Of a stretch of DNA of 64,000 nucleotides, positions 24,201-39,200 are shown in pieces. This stretch comes from Yuukianura sp. NJ FZ-2021 (taxonomy: Eukaryota), in NCBI GenBank assembly GCA_046563655.1, contig CM102285.1, positions 12,400,001-12,464,000 on the forward strand, written 5' to 3'. The first letter of the stretch is position 1, and each line of letters begins with the position of its first letter. The notes under the pieces are model-generated. The model worked only from the letters and a program-made list of their open reading frames with translations. It searched no databases and was not told the origin of the DNA. The position numbers and the translations under genes are program-made.

Positions 24201-27200
24201 TAGAGATATTGGCCTGAGGATGATGAGAGCGAGGGAAAAACTGGCTTGAACTTACCATTAACTGTTGTCAAATATACGGAAGGTTTTTATGAATACTACA
24301 AAACCAGAACTAGAACCAATTGAGAGGAGGAGACGCTTCGTCTTGTCTTGTCAGACTCAACCATTTCGGAAAAAAAGCTTAGAGCGAGGAAGATGATGAT
24401 GGCTAAGGTTTCTTTGTAAAATAAGAACAGAGTAGGAAATTACTATGGTTGGTAAGGCTGAAAGGTAATGAAGCCCATTTCAAAACTGAAAAAACTGAGT
24501 ACAAGGTCAAACCTAGCGTGAAATTTTGGCATTTCGACTTTTTCTTTGAATCTGGACAGCACTGGAGGTGTGGCGAGTTTAGGAAAAAAAAGATGCTAAA
24601 AATTGTTTGGATTTCGGAAATGTGGAGAAAGTAAAACTTGGGAATTTTGGATCTTGAGAGTTTTAAAAACGTAAAAGTTGAAATTTCTTGATGTTAGAGA
24701 AAACTGAAAACTGAATTTTTGAAGTAAAACTAAAATTTTGGGGGGTGAAAACTTTTGAATATATAGAAACAGCTTGGGATTTTGTAGAATTGATGAGTTA
24801 CTGGGCTTTGGGCGGGAGATTGATCAAGGGAAAGAGAAATTAGACTTGATTAGTCGGAGAACGAGATAATCAATCAAAATTGTTTTTAGTGATTTTGAAA
24901 AGAAGATGAAGGGCGTGGTCGTTTGTGTAATTTTGTTTTTATCCAAACTACAATAATCGTTTTTGATCTTGTTTATCTGAGAGAGCTCTCCTTGTCCTTG
25001 AGTCTGCTGATCCCCGTTGAACAGTTGACCGGTATTGGAACTGGAAACTAACGTCACAGTCCAGAAGGTGCTTTATATCAACCAGTACGTCAATACCCGA
25101 ATACGAATACTTGTTAGTTGTTTACGTGTTCTGTTTTAGACGTGATTATGATGTTAATTTCAACCTCCAATATGGCAAAAGACAATAATTTGAGGGAATC
25201 TCTTCTCAGAGGTCACTGGGTCGTTACTAAAATTGTAAAAATGACCAGAAACTGTAGATTCACATTTATAAAAATTAATTGCCGTTGCAATAATAGCGGA
25301 AAGTCAAAGTTCTTGCGTTTAGCTAGATTTCCGGAAAAATGGAACCGAGAAATGATTGAAAAATTATTAAATAGAGTTGAAGATAAATATGAATGAAGAT
25401 GAAGATAAATAGAGTTTGGTGTACTTTGGAATTAGAAGAAACGATCTCGTGTTGTTATTGGTTGTGTCGAGTATACGAGTGAAAGTGGAACTAGGAATTG
25501 CGCAATTCAATACATAGACTTACCGAAACCTACGACATCTTGTTCAAAGTAGATGTAAACGATATCTTCACTTTCCAGATCCAATGCTGACTTCAGAAAA
25601 ACTGACGAGGGAGTATTTGAATTTTAGCGGGTTGGTTTATACAGACAGCATCACAAATGCGCGGGTTGAGTTTTGGAATTGACAGTAACTGACATAAGCT
25701 AGACAGAGGGACGGACAAAGTTAAATTGTTTCTGGAGAAAGCAATCGAAAAACAGCGTCCCGTTTTTCTTTCTCGTGAAAGTGAAGCTTTGAAAGGAAAA
25801 AACCTGATGAAGTTTCGGAGCTGTGCTGCGGAGCTCAAGTATTCGTCGTATTTCCTAACGACGCTTGTATTGTAGTTCATTTTTTCCTTGAAGGAACTCC
25901 TGGTAGATGCGAGTCTTGAATGGACTCAATTTCAATCTCGTTTTCCTGTAGCATCGCCAAGACCGCACCTTACTACGTTTCTCTTGATTTCGTTCTTTGA
26001 GTCGATGGAAATCCTGGAGGAGTTGACGGGATTGGGCTTTGTGTGGAAGAGACACAGAAAAGATTTAGTCTAGCTCCTAGCTGGAGCCTTAAGTCTACGT
26101 ACGGATTCTCCAGAGAGAACCTTATGCCGGTGCTGGGCTTAGGCTTAGCGTTCGAATTTTAGTTCGCAGAGAAAGGCTTCAATTTTCCTTTTCAGAGGAT
26201 TAGGATTTAAAAGGAGTGGGGGTGGGGAGTGGGCTGGCGGTGGGGAGTCATAGATAAAACGCAGTAGTGAATTTTATGCCTAACAAATTTTATATGTTAG
26301 TTTGTTAGGTTTAAAGTTAGTTACGGAGTCTAGTAAGTTGGTTAGAGTTTGGTGTAAGTTTAGCCTAGGCCCATCCTATTAGAATTTGAGTTTGAACTGG
26401 GAATATACCCTATTTAACGGCGTATAGCGCGTACGGAAACCTAATTTCCAATGCTGTACTAGAAACAAGTTTTTGGTTTTTGTCTCGCGTCTTTTATGAA
26501 CTGTTTAGAATTGATAAATTTTTGGACCTGTTCAATACGCTTGGTTGTTTGGGGCTTTGGTTAAGCTTATCGTAGAAATTTCGGTTGAATGCGGTCCCAC
26601 AGTCAGACATACGGAAGTTTCTACCCAGAAGAGCTAACGATAAGAATTCAAAGTTTTAGGAATTGGATGCTGGGGCGTCTTTTTTTAAAAATTGTAAGAA
26701 GCGAACCCGTATAGCAACCATTGTTTGCTCAACCTCTTCGCTCACGAAGAAAATTCTGAGACTTTTCTTTGCCTTTTCAAGAGTTGGAACGTTTTTGAGT
26801 TGGCAGCACTAGTGGGCTTTAGAGATGATGATGGCCTCATTGTCATTGTTGAGACGAAATGGAGGTGCAGTAGTTGTAATAAAAAGTTGAAAACTTTGGA
26901 ACATTCATCGCATCGTCTTAAGATTGTTTAGTTTATAAGAAACTGAGATACACGAAGGTTATATAAGAGCTAAGCAGAGATGGAATTGTGTATTCATTTG
27001 TGTAGGGTAGGCGAGTTGTTTCTAGGAACTTGAGCTGAAACTTTTGGGAGTGCTGCTAGTGCTGCTGGTTGGTTTCAGTACTTGCGTTTTGGACGAAAGT
27101 ACTTTTGGTTTGGAAGAAGGGGAGAAAGGTTGGTCTGTATAGAGAGGTTGTTGGTTTGGAGCTGAAACCAGCCAAAGTTTGCTGAGCAAAGTTTGGGCTG

Positions 27201-30200
27201 TTATTAAGCCTAGGAGAGAGCGCCTGACTACAAAGTTTTCGTGTCTGAAACAGGGACGCAGACACTGAAGTTGAGCAGAAAACTATGGTGGGAGAGTAAA
27301 AGAAAAGTTTTTTTGGTGTGCTATAACATAGGAAGAGAGGTCTCTAGAACAAAGGTTCGAGATAATGGAAACTTGGACGTTATACTGTTTACTGTGCAGA
27401 AAGAATTGCTATATGGAGGTTTTCATTGTACGGTTTTGGGATTGGGTGTTACTTTTGGATGGATGTAAGCTTTCTGGGCCTGCCATTCTTATTACAGGAT
27501 GAGGATGAAAGTCTCGCTGCCGCTGGCAGATGAGATGAGAAAGATGAACATTGAACATATGAAATGGAACTCATTTGGCTCTAGGGCTAGGAAGCCAATC
27601 GATCCTAAAAACTAGTCAAATTGGAACCACGGCTTTGCTAATGGCTAGGCCGAAACGAGAAAAACCAAATCATCTAGACGAGGTTTAGCTCAGCTTAATT
27701 TTACAGTGAATTCGGCCCCAGGTTGAAAAAAAAATTGATGCTGTATGTAATCGCACTTTTTACTTCAACGAATGCAGTAAATTTCTTTCTAAATGGAGTG
27801 TTTAGAGCATCTCGTTGGTTTGAATTTCTTCAGTTGCTCAGTTTAGAGTTTCGGTTGTAGAATTTTTGTTGGCTTTGCTAAATTTTGGGATGAATTTTAA
27901 CATGAACAATAAGAGTTGGCTCGAAGTGACGATTGTGTTTAGTAGTTGTATGGAGATGTTTATGCTTTGACTGATTTTTTGGTAATGAAGGAAATTTCTA
28001 AATAAGAATCTTGGAGACCTCGAATCCCAAATTTCTTTGGAGTTTGTACGAGGGAGGATGAGGAGAGACCAGCTTTTACGACTTATCTTTAGTACAGTTA
28101 TAGTAAAGGCATTAACGTAGGCAGTATTATAAGTACTTGGCAGCGTCTTTTCAGTAATTGCCTATACTTGGTTGGCACAGAAGATGCGAAGGCGAAGAAA
28201 TTTTGCCTTGTTGTTGAAGAGCAGGATGGGTTAGGTAATTGAACTTTTTTGTAGCATAGGGGTAGGGGCGTTTTAAACAACTTTTCAAGTGACGAGGATA
28301 GGGCTGAACGCTTTAGAATGCTGTTTGATGACAGGCCAACCTAGCCAAAACTTTTTCAATGAGAAACCTTGGATTGTGGGACTCTAATAACTTTTTTCTG
28401 ACTATAGTTTAAGTTTTTTATGGTCTGTTCATACCATAGATTAGTAATGGAAGTGTGCAAATTGTAAAAGCTCTATATCCAGAACCATTTTTGAGTAAAC
28501 CATAGACATGTGATGCCAGAAGTGAAGTCATGTCATGCATTCGCCAAGTTGTAAGAACTCTTAAACCGCAGTAAAGCACAGCATGAACTTTACTCTCTAA
28601 TGGCCAGTTCTACCATTGCAGGTTAAAGTTAAACGGAGTTTAGTGCAAACTAGTTCCACCTTTAAACTCAATTAACTTAATTATCCGTCAATTAATTGTG
28701 GCATACAAGGTATCAAAATTCTTGTATTCCTCCGCCGGTTAAAGTCCGGTTAAATTTAACCGGCCGATTTTCTCCAGTTAAATTTTTTAATCTCCGGTTA
28801 AATATTTAAACTCATGTCATGCATTCGCCAAGTTGTAAGAACTCTTAAACCGCAGTAAAGCACAGCATGAACTTTACTCTCTAACACATAGATGAAAGTA
28901 CGACGCAGTTTTTGGCTGTTGCCAAAGGTATGAGTGGATTTACACTAATGCTGCCAAGATTCGGCGTATTTTGAGAAGTTGGACTTTAGACGCATGTTTT
29001 GGCTACTTGGGTTTCTTTGAATTTGAATTTGTGAGCTATTTTCGAAGAAACACGGTAAATTGTATTTTTGTGTGTGGAAAACTGGGTACTGGCTTTTCTC
29101 AATTTAAGGAGATTAATGAATTTTGGTAGCGACAGACGGAAGAATCGTCATGGCGGTCGGTTTTCTTCTATTTTCTCTGGGTTTTTGGGAAAAAGACTAG
29201 AAGATGTGCTGGGAAATGTTGGATTGCATTCTGTCTTTCCGTTTTTCGCATGAAGAGTCTCGTGGTCGTAATGTACTGAATGGGAGACTACTAGTAAGAG
29301 AAGACCAAAGTTGTAAGAGCGTTTTTTTTTTGGCTAGTATACTAGATTCGGAAAGAGAGATGTGCTGGGAAATGGTCCATCTTTCTAAACTACCCGGGAG
29401 ACAGGCGGTGGAGCTTTTACTCCGCCTTCCTTGGAAAAGGAAAGTTGGAAAAGCGCCCATTATTTCCATTTCTATGGGCCTGCCTCTGGCCTGAGCTTCC
29501 AATTCTTTCCTGGATGCTGGAAACTCTCTCTGCGAGACCGAGGATGATGTACCGTCTTGCAGAAAATGGCAATTTGGAAATGCCTCCCTTTTCTAGCTCG
29601 GTTCAAATTCCCTATCTCTCGCCTCCGCCTCCTTTCTCTGCACTTTCTCCTAGCGAATCGCTTTTTCCTCCGCTTATTTCCTCTGAAACGGAAAAGGAAA
29701 GTGGAGAGAAAGTTGACGCTTTTAGTACATGGCTGGATTATGGATCCCTGTTCCGTTTTCCCTGGAAAGCCTCCAGTATATACTCAAGTTACGGGAAAGT
29801 ATACTTAAGTTAGGGTAGAATATAGTAGATACGATGCTGGCGATGCTGGCAGCATCGTATAGTACTTATAGCACCCTAAACTTGGGCCTTGGCAGAAACA
29901 GGGCTGGCTGTACGCTTCTGCTTGTGTGCCAAGTCTGGTTGGCTTTGGGTGTGCAGTTGATGCTAACTCGGTAGCTTTCTCTTTGGAAAGAGAGAGCTCT
30001 ACTACGTAGAAACCGTGGGCGTTGTGGAGGGGAAAGTGCTTGGAAGTAGCAACGGTTTCCCCCAACAGTCGTCTTCGTCGTCTCCTCCTAACATATAAAT
30101 TTTATGGAAGTCATTCCAGTCCAAGTCCTTGCCAGAATGGAATCTTTTTTTTTCTCTGGAAAGAGAAAGGAAGGCGGCTTCCGCTAAGCCAAAACTCTCC

Positions 30201-33200
30201 TACTGCTCGATTCGCTTCGTAACTTGACAAGGGCTTGGTTTTTTTCTCTTCTGTTCCAGTAGTAAACACGAACTTTTTCATTTTAGTTTCCAAAGTATAG
30301 TTGAAAGTACTTTCAAGTTTTGCACCAGGGTTTATTCTTACTTGAGAGACGTAGTATGCTGAATCTCATGCAATAGAAGTGGATATAAAGGTGGGGCGGG
30401 TGGGATTTTTTTTAATGGAAAGTCGATCGATAACCTGGGATGGCAGAAAAATCACATGGCGGAGGTTCTGGACGTGTTCGTTTTCGATTTTAGACTGCAA
30501 TTTGATGTGTTTTTGAAAAATTTAGTGGGAAATTGAAATTCACGATTTATCGACTGTAGTGCATTTTTACCTCCAAGGACATTTGAACAATAGCAAATTT
30601 CGGAAAATTGGTCGTTATAGGAAAATTGATGTTTGGGTTGACAATGGTAGGAGGCTGAAATGCGCCGTAGAATTCGTGGTAACACGAAAACATTATGGAA
30701 AATGCATAGAAATTGTGAAATTGGAGGTTTAGCGGGGTTCTGGCAGCGTTCAGCGATCGAAGTGTGGAGATGTTGGATAAGATAGAGTTGAATTGATGTG
30801 TGCCGTTGTTGCGGAACATCCCAGGTTATTAATGCCAAATTCAACCACGCACGTGCCTTTTGTTTTTCCAGAATCGATGATAGTACTTGTCCAGTAGTAC
30901 TGGAGACATAGTTGATACTGGATACTGGTCTAAATCTAGGGCTTTGTATTCCGTCGTTCCTTGGTTTGATATCTTATTCTATCAAAAACCGTGATTAGAT
31001 TAAAGTACTGTACGTGACACAGCTCTTACTTTCACTGTTTCACTAGGAAAGCAATTTCGTAGACAAGAGAGTTATGTGCGATTAATTCAAAGTGCTTTTT
31101 GCTACTCCCTGCCCCACGTTCCGAATTGTACTAAATTGTGTAAACCTGGATTTTCAAACTTGGGAGTTAGTGCTGTTACGTTGTATTCAACTCGAAACTT
31201 GGACAATACGCAACTTTGTTGACTTAGTTTTTACACTTCCTGATCATCAGTACAAGTAATCACCTTGAAGTTGTTGACTGATGATTAGTTTTTATATAGG
31301 TTTGTGTTTGTCGGGGTAAAAAGTTGGCTCTGTGTTGAAATTTATCGAGAATTTTTTATTTGAGGACCTTGACGTAAATGGTCATGTGATGTTTTCTGAT
31401 GTGGCAAATAAATATTGGAGCTTATGTAAAACCAAATTGAGCGTAATCAACCTGTCACCCCCGAAATTGGAAAATTCTTCCTTTAGTCATTTCATTTTTA
31501 CATTATTACGCTTGCTTGAAGCAATTTCAGCGTTAAGGCATGCTCTTGTAACCTAAATGACAGAATTGACTTGATTTTGATGTGAAAGTGTCTGGGGAAT
31601 TTAGATTTTCCTTGGAAATATTGATTTAGGCTTGAGGACTTTCTCTTTTCAATATATTTTGGCTTTGTACAAATGAAGCTACTATGCGAATTTCCAATTT
31701 CAGCGATTTTTCTGTTACTTATTTATCGATTTATCGGAGTTTTACGTTTTTGTTGTGTTTTACATGTCTTGTTCAGTGCATATGAACTCACACGACGTGC
31801 GGCGCGTTTTGCTTTTTGGACTTTCGTTTTTTAGGACAAGAAAGTTGTTTACACTTGGCATAAACTGTTTCTGGTAAAATCGAAATTCATTTACACAACT
31901 GACGGCAGACAGTCCAAAATCCAAAGTAAAAATGGAATGTTTGGGAAAAAGTGAGAGTTGAAAGTTAAACCTAACTCGATTTCGGTCGTGCGTCTGTAAA
32001 TTGTGTTTGTGTAAAAAAATTTTTTTTAAAGTTTTATTTTTCGAAAATGGGCTGAGCGATTGGAATTGGACAGTGTTTTAAACGATTTTTTCCCTCGTTT
32101 TTGGCTGATGATTGTTTAGTGAGTTTGTTCAATTTTTAATTTTTACTTTTGTTTTGTGTTTTGCAGACACGGCCGAGTACAAAGTGTTAAACTTCTGTCG
32201 GACGACACAACTAATTCTCCTGCCCTGTCTAACGGTGGAAACGGAGTTCGTAACAGCGTGATCAACGGAAGTGGTCAGCGTGCTACAGTGTCGTTCATTG
32301 ATATCCGATCAGCGTCGAAAGCGCTCCGTGCTGGACCGACATTGTCCGGTCAAAGCCTTCAAATAGCTTACCATGAACCTGGGTCAGTCCTGTCATCATC
32401 ATCAGTGAACAATGTGTCTGTGGAATCTAACTCCTCTCCAGCCCGAAGTGTTAGTGGAGACTCGGCAGTTACCGTGACTTCTGAAATTAGTATTGGTAGT
32501 GGAAGTAGTAACAATACTCTGACTAATCCTGTGCAAGTACCATCCGGAAACAGTAACCCTGTTCTCGGTCACTGTAACAATCCCTCTACTCCTTCAACTA
32601 ATACGACTGGAACCAATTCCAGTAACAACTCTTACCGCCAACAGCGATTTCCTATTCATGGGTAAGTTTTGTTTCACTTTTCCTTTTCAATTCCTGAATT
32701 ATACAAAGTGAATTTAGCAGGAAATTACAGAAATTCTAGTGAATTCTGGTAAAATGTAGTTCAAAATGGCCTTCGGGCTCGCCATGTGGCTATTCTCCTA
32801 ATTTTGTATGAATTTGCATTACTGAGGGCATTGTGAAGTGCAAATGCTTGATCTTACACAGCAGGCGGCAGGAACTTGCGGAATTTGAATAGCGGAATCG
32901 CTGCCAACACGCGTAGAAAGCAGCGGTTGGCTCTCTTTGTCATTAGCGTGTCCATCCATGATTTATTCCTCATTTTGTGGTTTAGTAGATTCATTAATTT
33001 TGTTGAATTCAAACAAACTTGAGCGTAAGATGACTCAGAATCACAAGAATTGAGAATAATATGCACACGAACTACTTTTTCTCCTTTGTAATTTACGACA
33101 AAAGATTGGGTTATGAAGAATTGTTGGCGTTTTTTAGTTGGTTAACTGATGGTTGATGGGAAATGAATAGCAAGAGCTACGTGTTATTGTGTTGGATGGT

Positions 33201-36200
33201 AGAGGTGTGACGCCAGCGATTTCTAGCTGCTCTATCGATCTCAGATCAAAAGATGAACGAATCTGAAGGAAGAAACGAAGAAAGGAGTTGGGCGTGGTCA
33301 CGAGTTCCACGGTTTTCCCTACTTTTTAACTTTTTTTGGCGCGTTCAATTGAAAACGTCTAGTCCTTAGTAATTTGTCTCTTTTGTTGCGATTTTAAGGG
33401 TTTTTAGAAGGGAATTGGTGAATTGAAAGAAGTGTTATTTTAGAGGTGGAGTGCTCTAGGGAGACCTTCGTTTGTTGTAATAGGCTTTAACGACTCTCTC
33501 AGAGTTGAATAAATCTTTAAGAGTCTCAAGGATCAATTAATTCTTGGGCTTAATAATGGCGAAGATAAGTTTAGGGCATGCTTGAGCTATTGACGAGGAA
33601 ATACGGTAAGTAACGTCCCAGAAGTATTTTTTCTCAATTATTTTTGAATTAAAAAAAACCAAGTGAATCAACTCGACGGTATTCCGATGTTGGAACTTTT
33701 TAAAGAAAACTTGGCTCGAATTGAAGTCGTAGGCAGTACATTAACGTTAACTGATTCTATTCTCGTGAGATTCGACGATTCGAGATTCAGCTGCTCAGAC
33801 ATTCGAAAAAAAAATAGTAAAGTATTTTCGCTAGAAAGCTAAGCGTGTAGATGGCTGGCTGCGTATTGAAAAATGCATTGGAGCTGGAAGCCAAAAAGAT
33901 GAATATATGAATTTAATTTTTTTGAGAGAAATTATGATAGGATGTGATGGGAATTTGTTTTTGTAAGAGGATTTTGAATTTTTGTGAAATATCACAAGTT
34001 TTGTTGCTATTTGATTGAGATTTTGAAGTTTTCAGCAGCTGTTGCGTGTTATTCTTAGAAAATGGAAGAGAAATTAGGGGTTGCAACGTTAAGATGCTAG
34101 ACGGCGGAAGCTTAGAAGTTGCAGCAAGAAAGTATTGAATTTTTAATGGTAGATTTCTTTTGTAGTGGTTACGCGGTTATTTTGGTCTTTTGGAACGTAG
34201 AAGAGGGAAGTTTAGAATGATAAAATACGATGAAATCATGATATAAAGTCTAGAGAATCATGGTCTTGTGACTTTGTGTGAGTAAGTTGCTTTCTCCGTC
34301 TCTGCCGGAGTGCTCGTTACTTATTAGGAAGTCTTAAATTAAAAATGCTAAGAGTAAAAGTTAGTTGAGAGTGGGCGGGAATGACAGAAATTCGGACTTT
34401 TTTGAAACGTTACAGTTATGGAACCGAGGAAGAAATGGAAATGGAGAACCTTGAAGCGTGTGATTTTGAAGTAGTGAAGCCGATAAGAACAGCAGAAGCA
34501 CGATGGAAATGAATTATTATTATTAAAGTCTGGATTTTTTGTGTTTCTCTTTGCTTTCTTTTCGGTTTTTGCTTTTACCAGAGTAAACTTGCTCAAAAAT
34601 GTTCACTTTCTGCTTTCCCTTGGCGTTTGAATGGAGCACAGCAGTTGAAAGTGAAAGGCAATTCATATGGGTTGGTTTTAAGTTCCAAACCTTGGCACGT
34701 CATCGTCTTTTCGTTTTGGTTTTTTGGTAATCTCAGAGGAAATGTTGGTGGAACCCACGACATTTCAAACTCGTTTTGTTTTTGTGGAGTTTACTAGTTT
34801 ACAAGAGCTCGGTGCATGGAAAGCTCCACCGAGAAAAGGCGGTGGGACTTTGAGTTTTTAGATTGGACTGGGATAAAGTTTTTGTTATTTTTTGTTACGC
34901 TTTCCTCTTCCCACGCAAAAAAATGGAATTTGTTTTCAGCAAGAGCAAACATGATTGTTTTTTTTTGTTTTCTTAAATCATAAAAAAAAACTAAATATGT
35001 AGTCGAAAAATCATGTTGGTCAAATTCGGAAAAGCAAAAACTTGAAAAACCGTGAAACGAGTGTAGCTGAAATTTTATTTTTCAAAATACGGCGTTGATG
35101 CTTTAATTTTTTTTTTTTTTCGGAAGGAGGATTCTTTGTTTTGTTGGCCTTGAAAATTTGAAATTTGCCAGGTTTCGTTTTCTTTTTGAGTGAAAAAGTG
35201 AGTTGTTTTAGTTGAAAAATTAAGCGGATGCCAATTCTGGATTTTTGCGGAAAATTTGTGGTTTGAGAAGTTTTTTTTAATATACTGTGAAATTTTGAAT
35301 CTTGTTTTCCGCTTCAACTTTTCTTTTGGTCTTTTCTTCAACTTTTGGCATCCAATCGTCCTTGAAGTTTTTCTCTCAAAGGAGTTTGTGATTGTGTAAT
35401 GTTGAAATGAATTTGAGTCAAATTAAGGAGATGAAAAGTTAATTTGGAAGACTTAATAGAAATTTAGTTTATTGTGTGTTTCGTAAACGAGGCAAGAAAG
35501 AAGTCTTACAATATCTACCCAATTTCCAAATCAATGGAGAGAAGCACTTTAGGAAAATAAATGTTTGAAAATGTAGCTCAAAGGTTCCAGAATAAATAGA
35601 ACTGTTGACTTGGCATGATTGAATTCAGTCTCAATCTCTGCGCTATTCTTTTGATCGAATTTCATTTTTTTTCGGTCAAAGTTTACAAAGGAAACTGTTT
35701 CGACGAAGATCATTTGCAATTCATGCCGAATGCTAACGGTATATCTCGGTTTGGCACCAAATACGGCTTTGGCAATGCTATTGTTTGGTAGGAAATGGAG
35801 ACAATGTGATACTTATCAGAGAAACTTTTTTAGAATTTAGAGTTTAGTTGCAATAAAAAGTCATTTCTTCCGCGAGATATGTGCTTTTGAGTTGTTTGAA
35901 TTGCAAAATGTCACTTTTTGATATGGATATCGTTTTGGACTAATGTTACTTTTTTTGACTGTAGGCAATCGGACGACACATCTACATCTAGTCATTTCTA
36001 TGAGCAAACGAAAGGCTTTAGTCGCGGAGGCAGAGGTGACGATCATTTCCATGGAGGGAGAGGACGACGGGAGAGTCGATACCTCAATAACAATCGACAG
36101 GGTTTCAAACCAGACAGAGAAAGGTACATTGAAATTCGTTTTTGAAATTTTAGGGCATTTGACCGAAATTTTGAACTAAGTTGTTGATTTTTGGTTTTTA

Positions 36201-39200
36201 GGAGGTTTCGAAACAATTGGTACTCGAACGAAAATCGATTCGCTCCGCCAGCCCATTCGGAAGGACCTGAGAATGAGAGAACGAGTTCTATCCCTCCAGT
36301 AATGATTAACAATAATGAGCCTGGTACAAATAGTAGCAAAAACCGAATTCCGGACTCTCCCGCTAATGCAGTCTCTTCACGCCACTTACCTTCCAAGATT
36401 CACCAATCGAGGTAAGCAAAAGTTGCGACGCGCGGATGGCGCGAATACGAGAAAAGTTTTGACACACGTACGAGAAAAGTTCTGACAAGTATGACAAAAG
36501 TTGCGACAGAAGTACGGCAAGTGTTGCGACAATTACAAAAGTTGCGATAATGTTGGCTTGACTAAAGTTGTGACAGAAGTCCATTGCAACACACCCGAGA
36601 AAACCGTCAGCTTTTTAGTTTGGAAGTGAAAGAAACGCGTTAAGGTTTGTGTTGTGTTTGTGTGATGTCGAAATTCATATTGTTTGCAGAACGCCTGGAG
36701 CGACGGAACCCATAAAACTAGTAGAAAAAATAATATTTGAAAGGATTTATGTCTGAGTACTTTTTCTTGTGTTGAAACTGGTGCTAGAATGCTGTTGTTG
36801 GTAGTTTTAATTCAATGGAATTGTCAACTTTTCAAATGTCCTCGGCCTTCCCGAGGCTTTTATGTGAAAAGCTGTACTGAAATTTTCATTTTGAAGCAAG
36901 TCTTTTATGAAGGGATGCGCTGCTTGAGTCTTGTTGGTTGTTGGGAATAGTACCCACGGCAGTAGAAAATACTTTGAAACTTCAACTCCCTCAGAGTTGG
37001 AAGTTTGAAAAGTATTTTCTAGCTGCCAGAAGCCCTTCCTTCCGGTTGAAGTTTTATGGGACTCATGTTTATTGTTTGTTTGAGTCTGTAGAAGTCTTTG
37101 GTTGGTTCTCTAGTCATGTTTAGCGTGGGTGGTGAGTCGGAATGGTGGCGCAATAGTTTGGCAATTCCGAGTTGGTTTTGAAGCCAAAACCATTTAAAAC
37201 CTAAAAAAACTGTTTTCGTTTTTGACAGGTCTGTGAGTGAGTCAGGGAGTTCTGATCGCGGGAGTAGTGTTGGGTCCCGGTCTCGTTCTGGATCTCGTTC
37301 AAGCGTCTCAACCAGCGTCAGCTCCGGTCGCTCAAGATCTCCACCACATCATGCATCCGCGTCGGCCCAAGTTTCCAGCGGGGCTGGAGGATCCTCAAGA
37401 TTTCATCAAAATTCCTTCTCACACCAACGGTAAGATCATATATATCTTAAGGTTCGATGTTGAGTGTAACGTATTATATCAAGAGGAAGGACCCCCCATG
37501 GGGGGCCTCCAGGGAACCTCCCTTGGCCTCTCATGCTCATCATCCTCTGACGGCACTGGATTACATTTTTATTTATATTCCTTTTTTTTACTCGTAAAAT
37601 GACAGGCATCTCTCAAGTTTTAGGTTTTCCAAGTGCCTTGAGTGTGCCTGGGCCCTTAAGAAATAGGCCCTTTGCCTCTCTTGCTCTCTGGAATTATTTA
37701 ATCAAAGACTTGAGATTTTGAATTTTAGAGATTTTTGAATTTTGTGATTTTTGAAGAGTGCCCTTATATTTAACTTACTAAAAATCTACGCTGTGTGGGT
37801 TCAGTATTGTGATTGTCATCGCCTGACTCTTTCTAATTTCCTGGTGAACCTTACCCTGTCCTGGTCTGAATGGATCCAGGATCCGTCGAAAATGTCAGAA
37901 CTGACGTGAGTGACATGGGGAATGACATTTTCGTAATTATTGATCTCTCAAAATGCGCGTCTACTATGTCTTTTTCCGCCTAAACTGTGGAGTTTCGTGG
38001 TTCTTTTGTTTTTTGTGTCCAAATGATGTATGATGAGAGTTTTAATGATGTGGAAGTTACGCTGATGAGGTATACTTCGGAAGTATATTGGTGTGCTGAT
38101 ACTAGTTTATGGAAGTGATGTGCTGATACTAGATTTATGGAAGTATGTTGATGTGCTGATACTTTATATTACTGTTATGAACTACCACAGGTACAATCGA
38201 TCTCGCTTGGTGAGTCGTCCAGCAGACTCATCGAGGACACGGCATAGTCATAGTTCGAGGTCACCTCCGATGGGGGGCCGGAGTCGCTCTTCCTCGTCGT
38301 CATCTTCACCCTCTCCTCACCGAAAAGTGTCCACGGCTCCTCATTCCCGTTCTCGATCACCTTCATCAACCAAATCATATTCTCCAAGGTATGGATTCAT
38401 CATTTTCCAACAAAAGTCTCTCCTCTCTCTGTCGTCAGTTTGTGTCACATCATTTTCTTTTGCTCCTGTCTGCAGTAGACATCCAGATCCAATGTCATTT
38501 TGATCAGAGATGTCAAAGAAACCTTACTTTTTAGACTTCTTTAGATCCTGCCATCTCCATATTCCTTCAACATCATTAGACCTTAGATGCTTCACTTTCC
38601 ATTTTTTAGTTACTCTTGGATTTTGGAACTTTTTTTTTCACTTTCGAATCGATCTTCCGCATTGTGGCAAGCTTCATCTTCTTTTTTTAAAGTTTGTACT
38701 TGTGTAATCTTATTCTCGTGCTGGCTCGTGTTTTGGTTTGGTAGATTGGCGACATTGTGGGTGGATTTTAAGTGAGAGGGAGGAAAAGCAGAATTTGAGT
38801 TTCAGTTTTCAGTTTTTGTTGTAACTGTTGTCTAATTTTTGAGTTTTTGGAAAGCTATCTGGTGGATATCAGGTTTCAGAATGGAGGTAGAAAATATTGC
38901 TACAAGTTGCATCTTTTTTTTTGTTTGTGAATCGTGAAAGCCTGTGACAGAACGCAGAGGAAATAATTAATGTCACGCAGAGCGGACTGTTGTTGCATTT
39001 TAAATTTTTAATGAGAAATCCAAGCCTATTTTCCTTCGTCATCATTGTTTTTTGTTTTTTCTGCTGAATGTGAAAACAATTCAGACAATTTTGAAGTTTC
39101 GTAGAAGCGGCAAGCGGCATTTCCGCAACAGTAGCTGAAATTTGATATGATGAGGGGTTTTTTGATTGGAATTGGAAATAATAGAGCGAATTCAAACTAT

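Noticed and set aside
21300..32100. Short ORFs in the 10.9-kb spen intron 1 as nested genes (e.g. 29197-30293)
   Set aside because: No domain similarity or consistent exon chain; many begin at non-ATG codons.
37492..37505. 14-bp palindrome CCCCCCATGGGGGG in spen intron 5
   Set aside because: Low complexity and isolated, with no supporting context.
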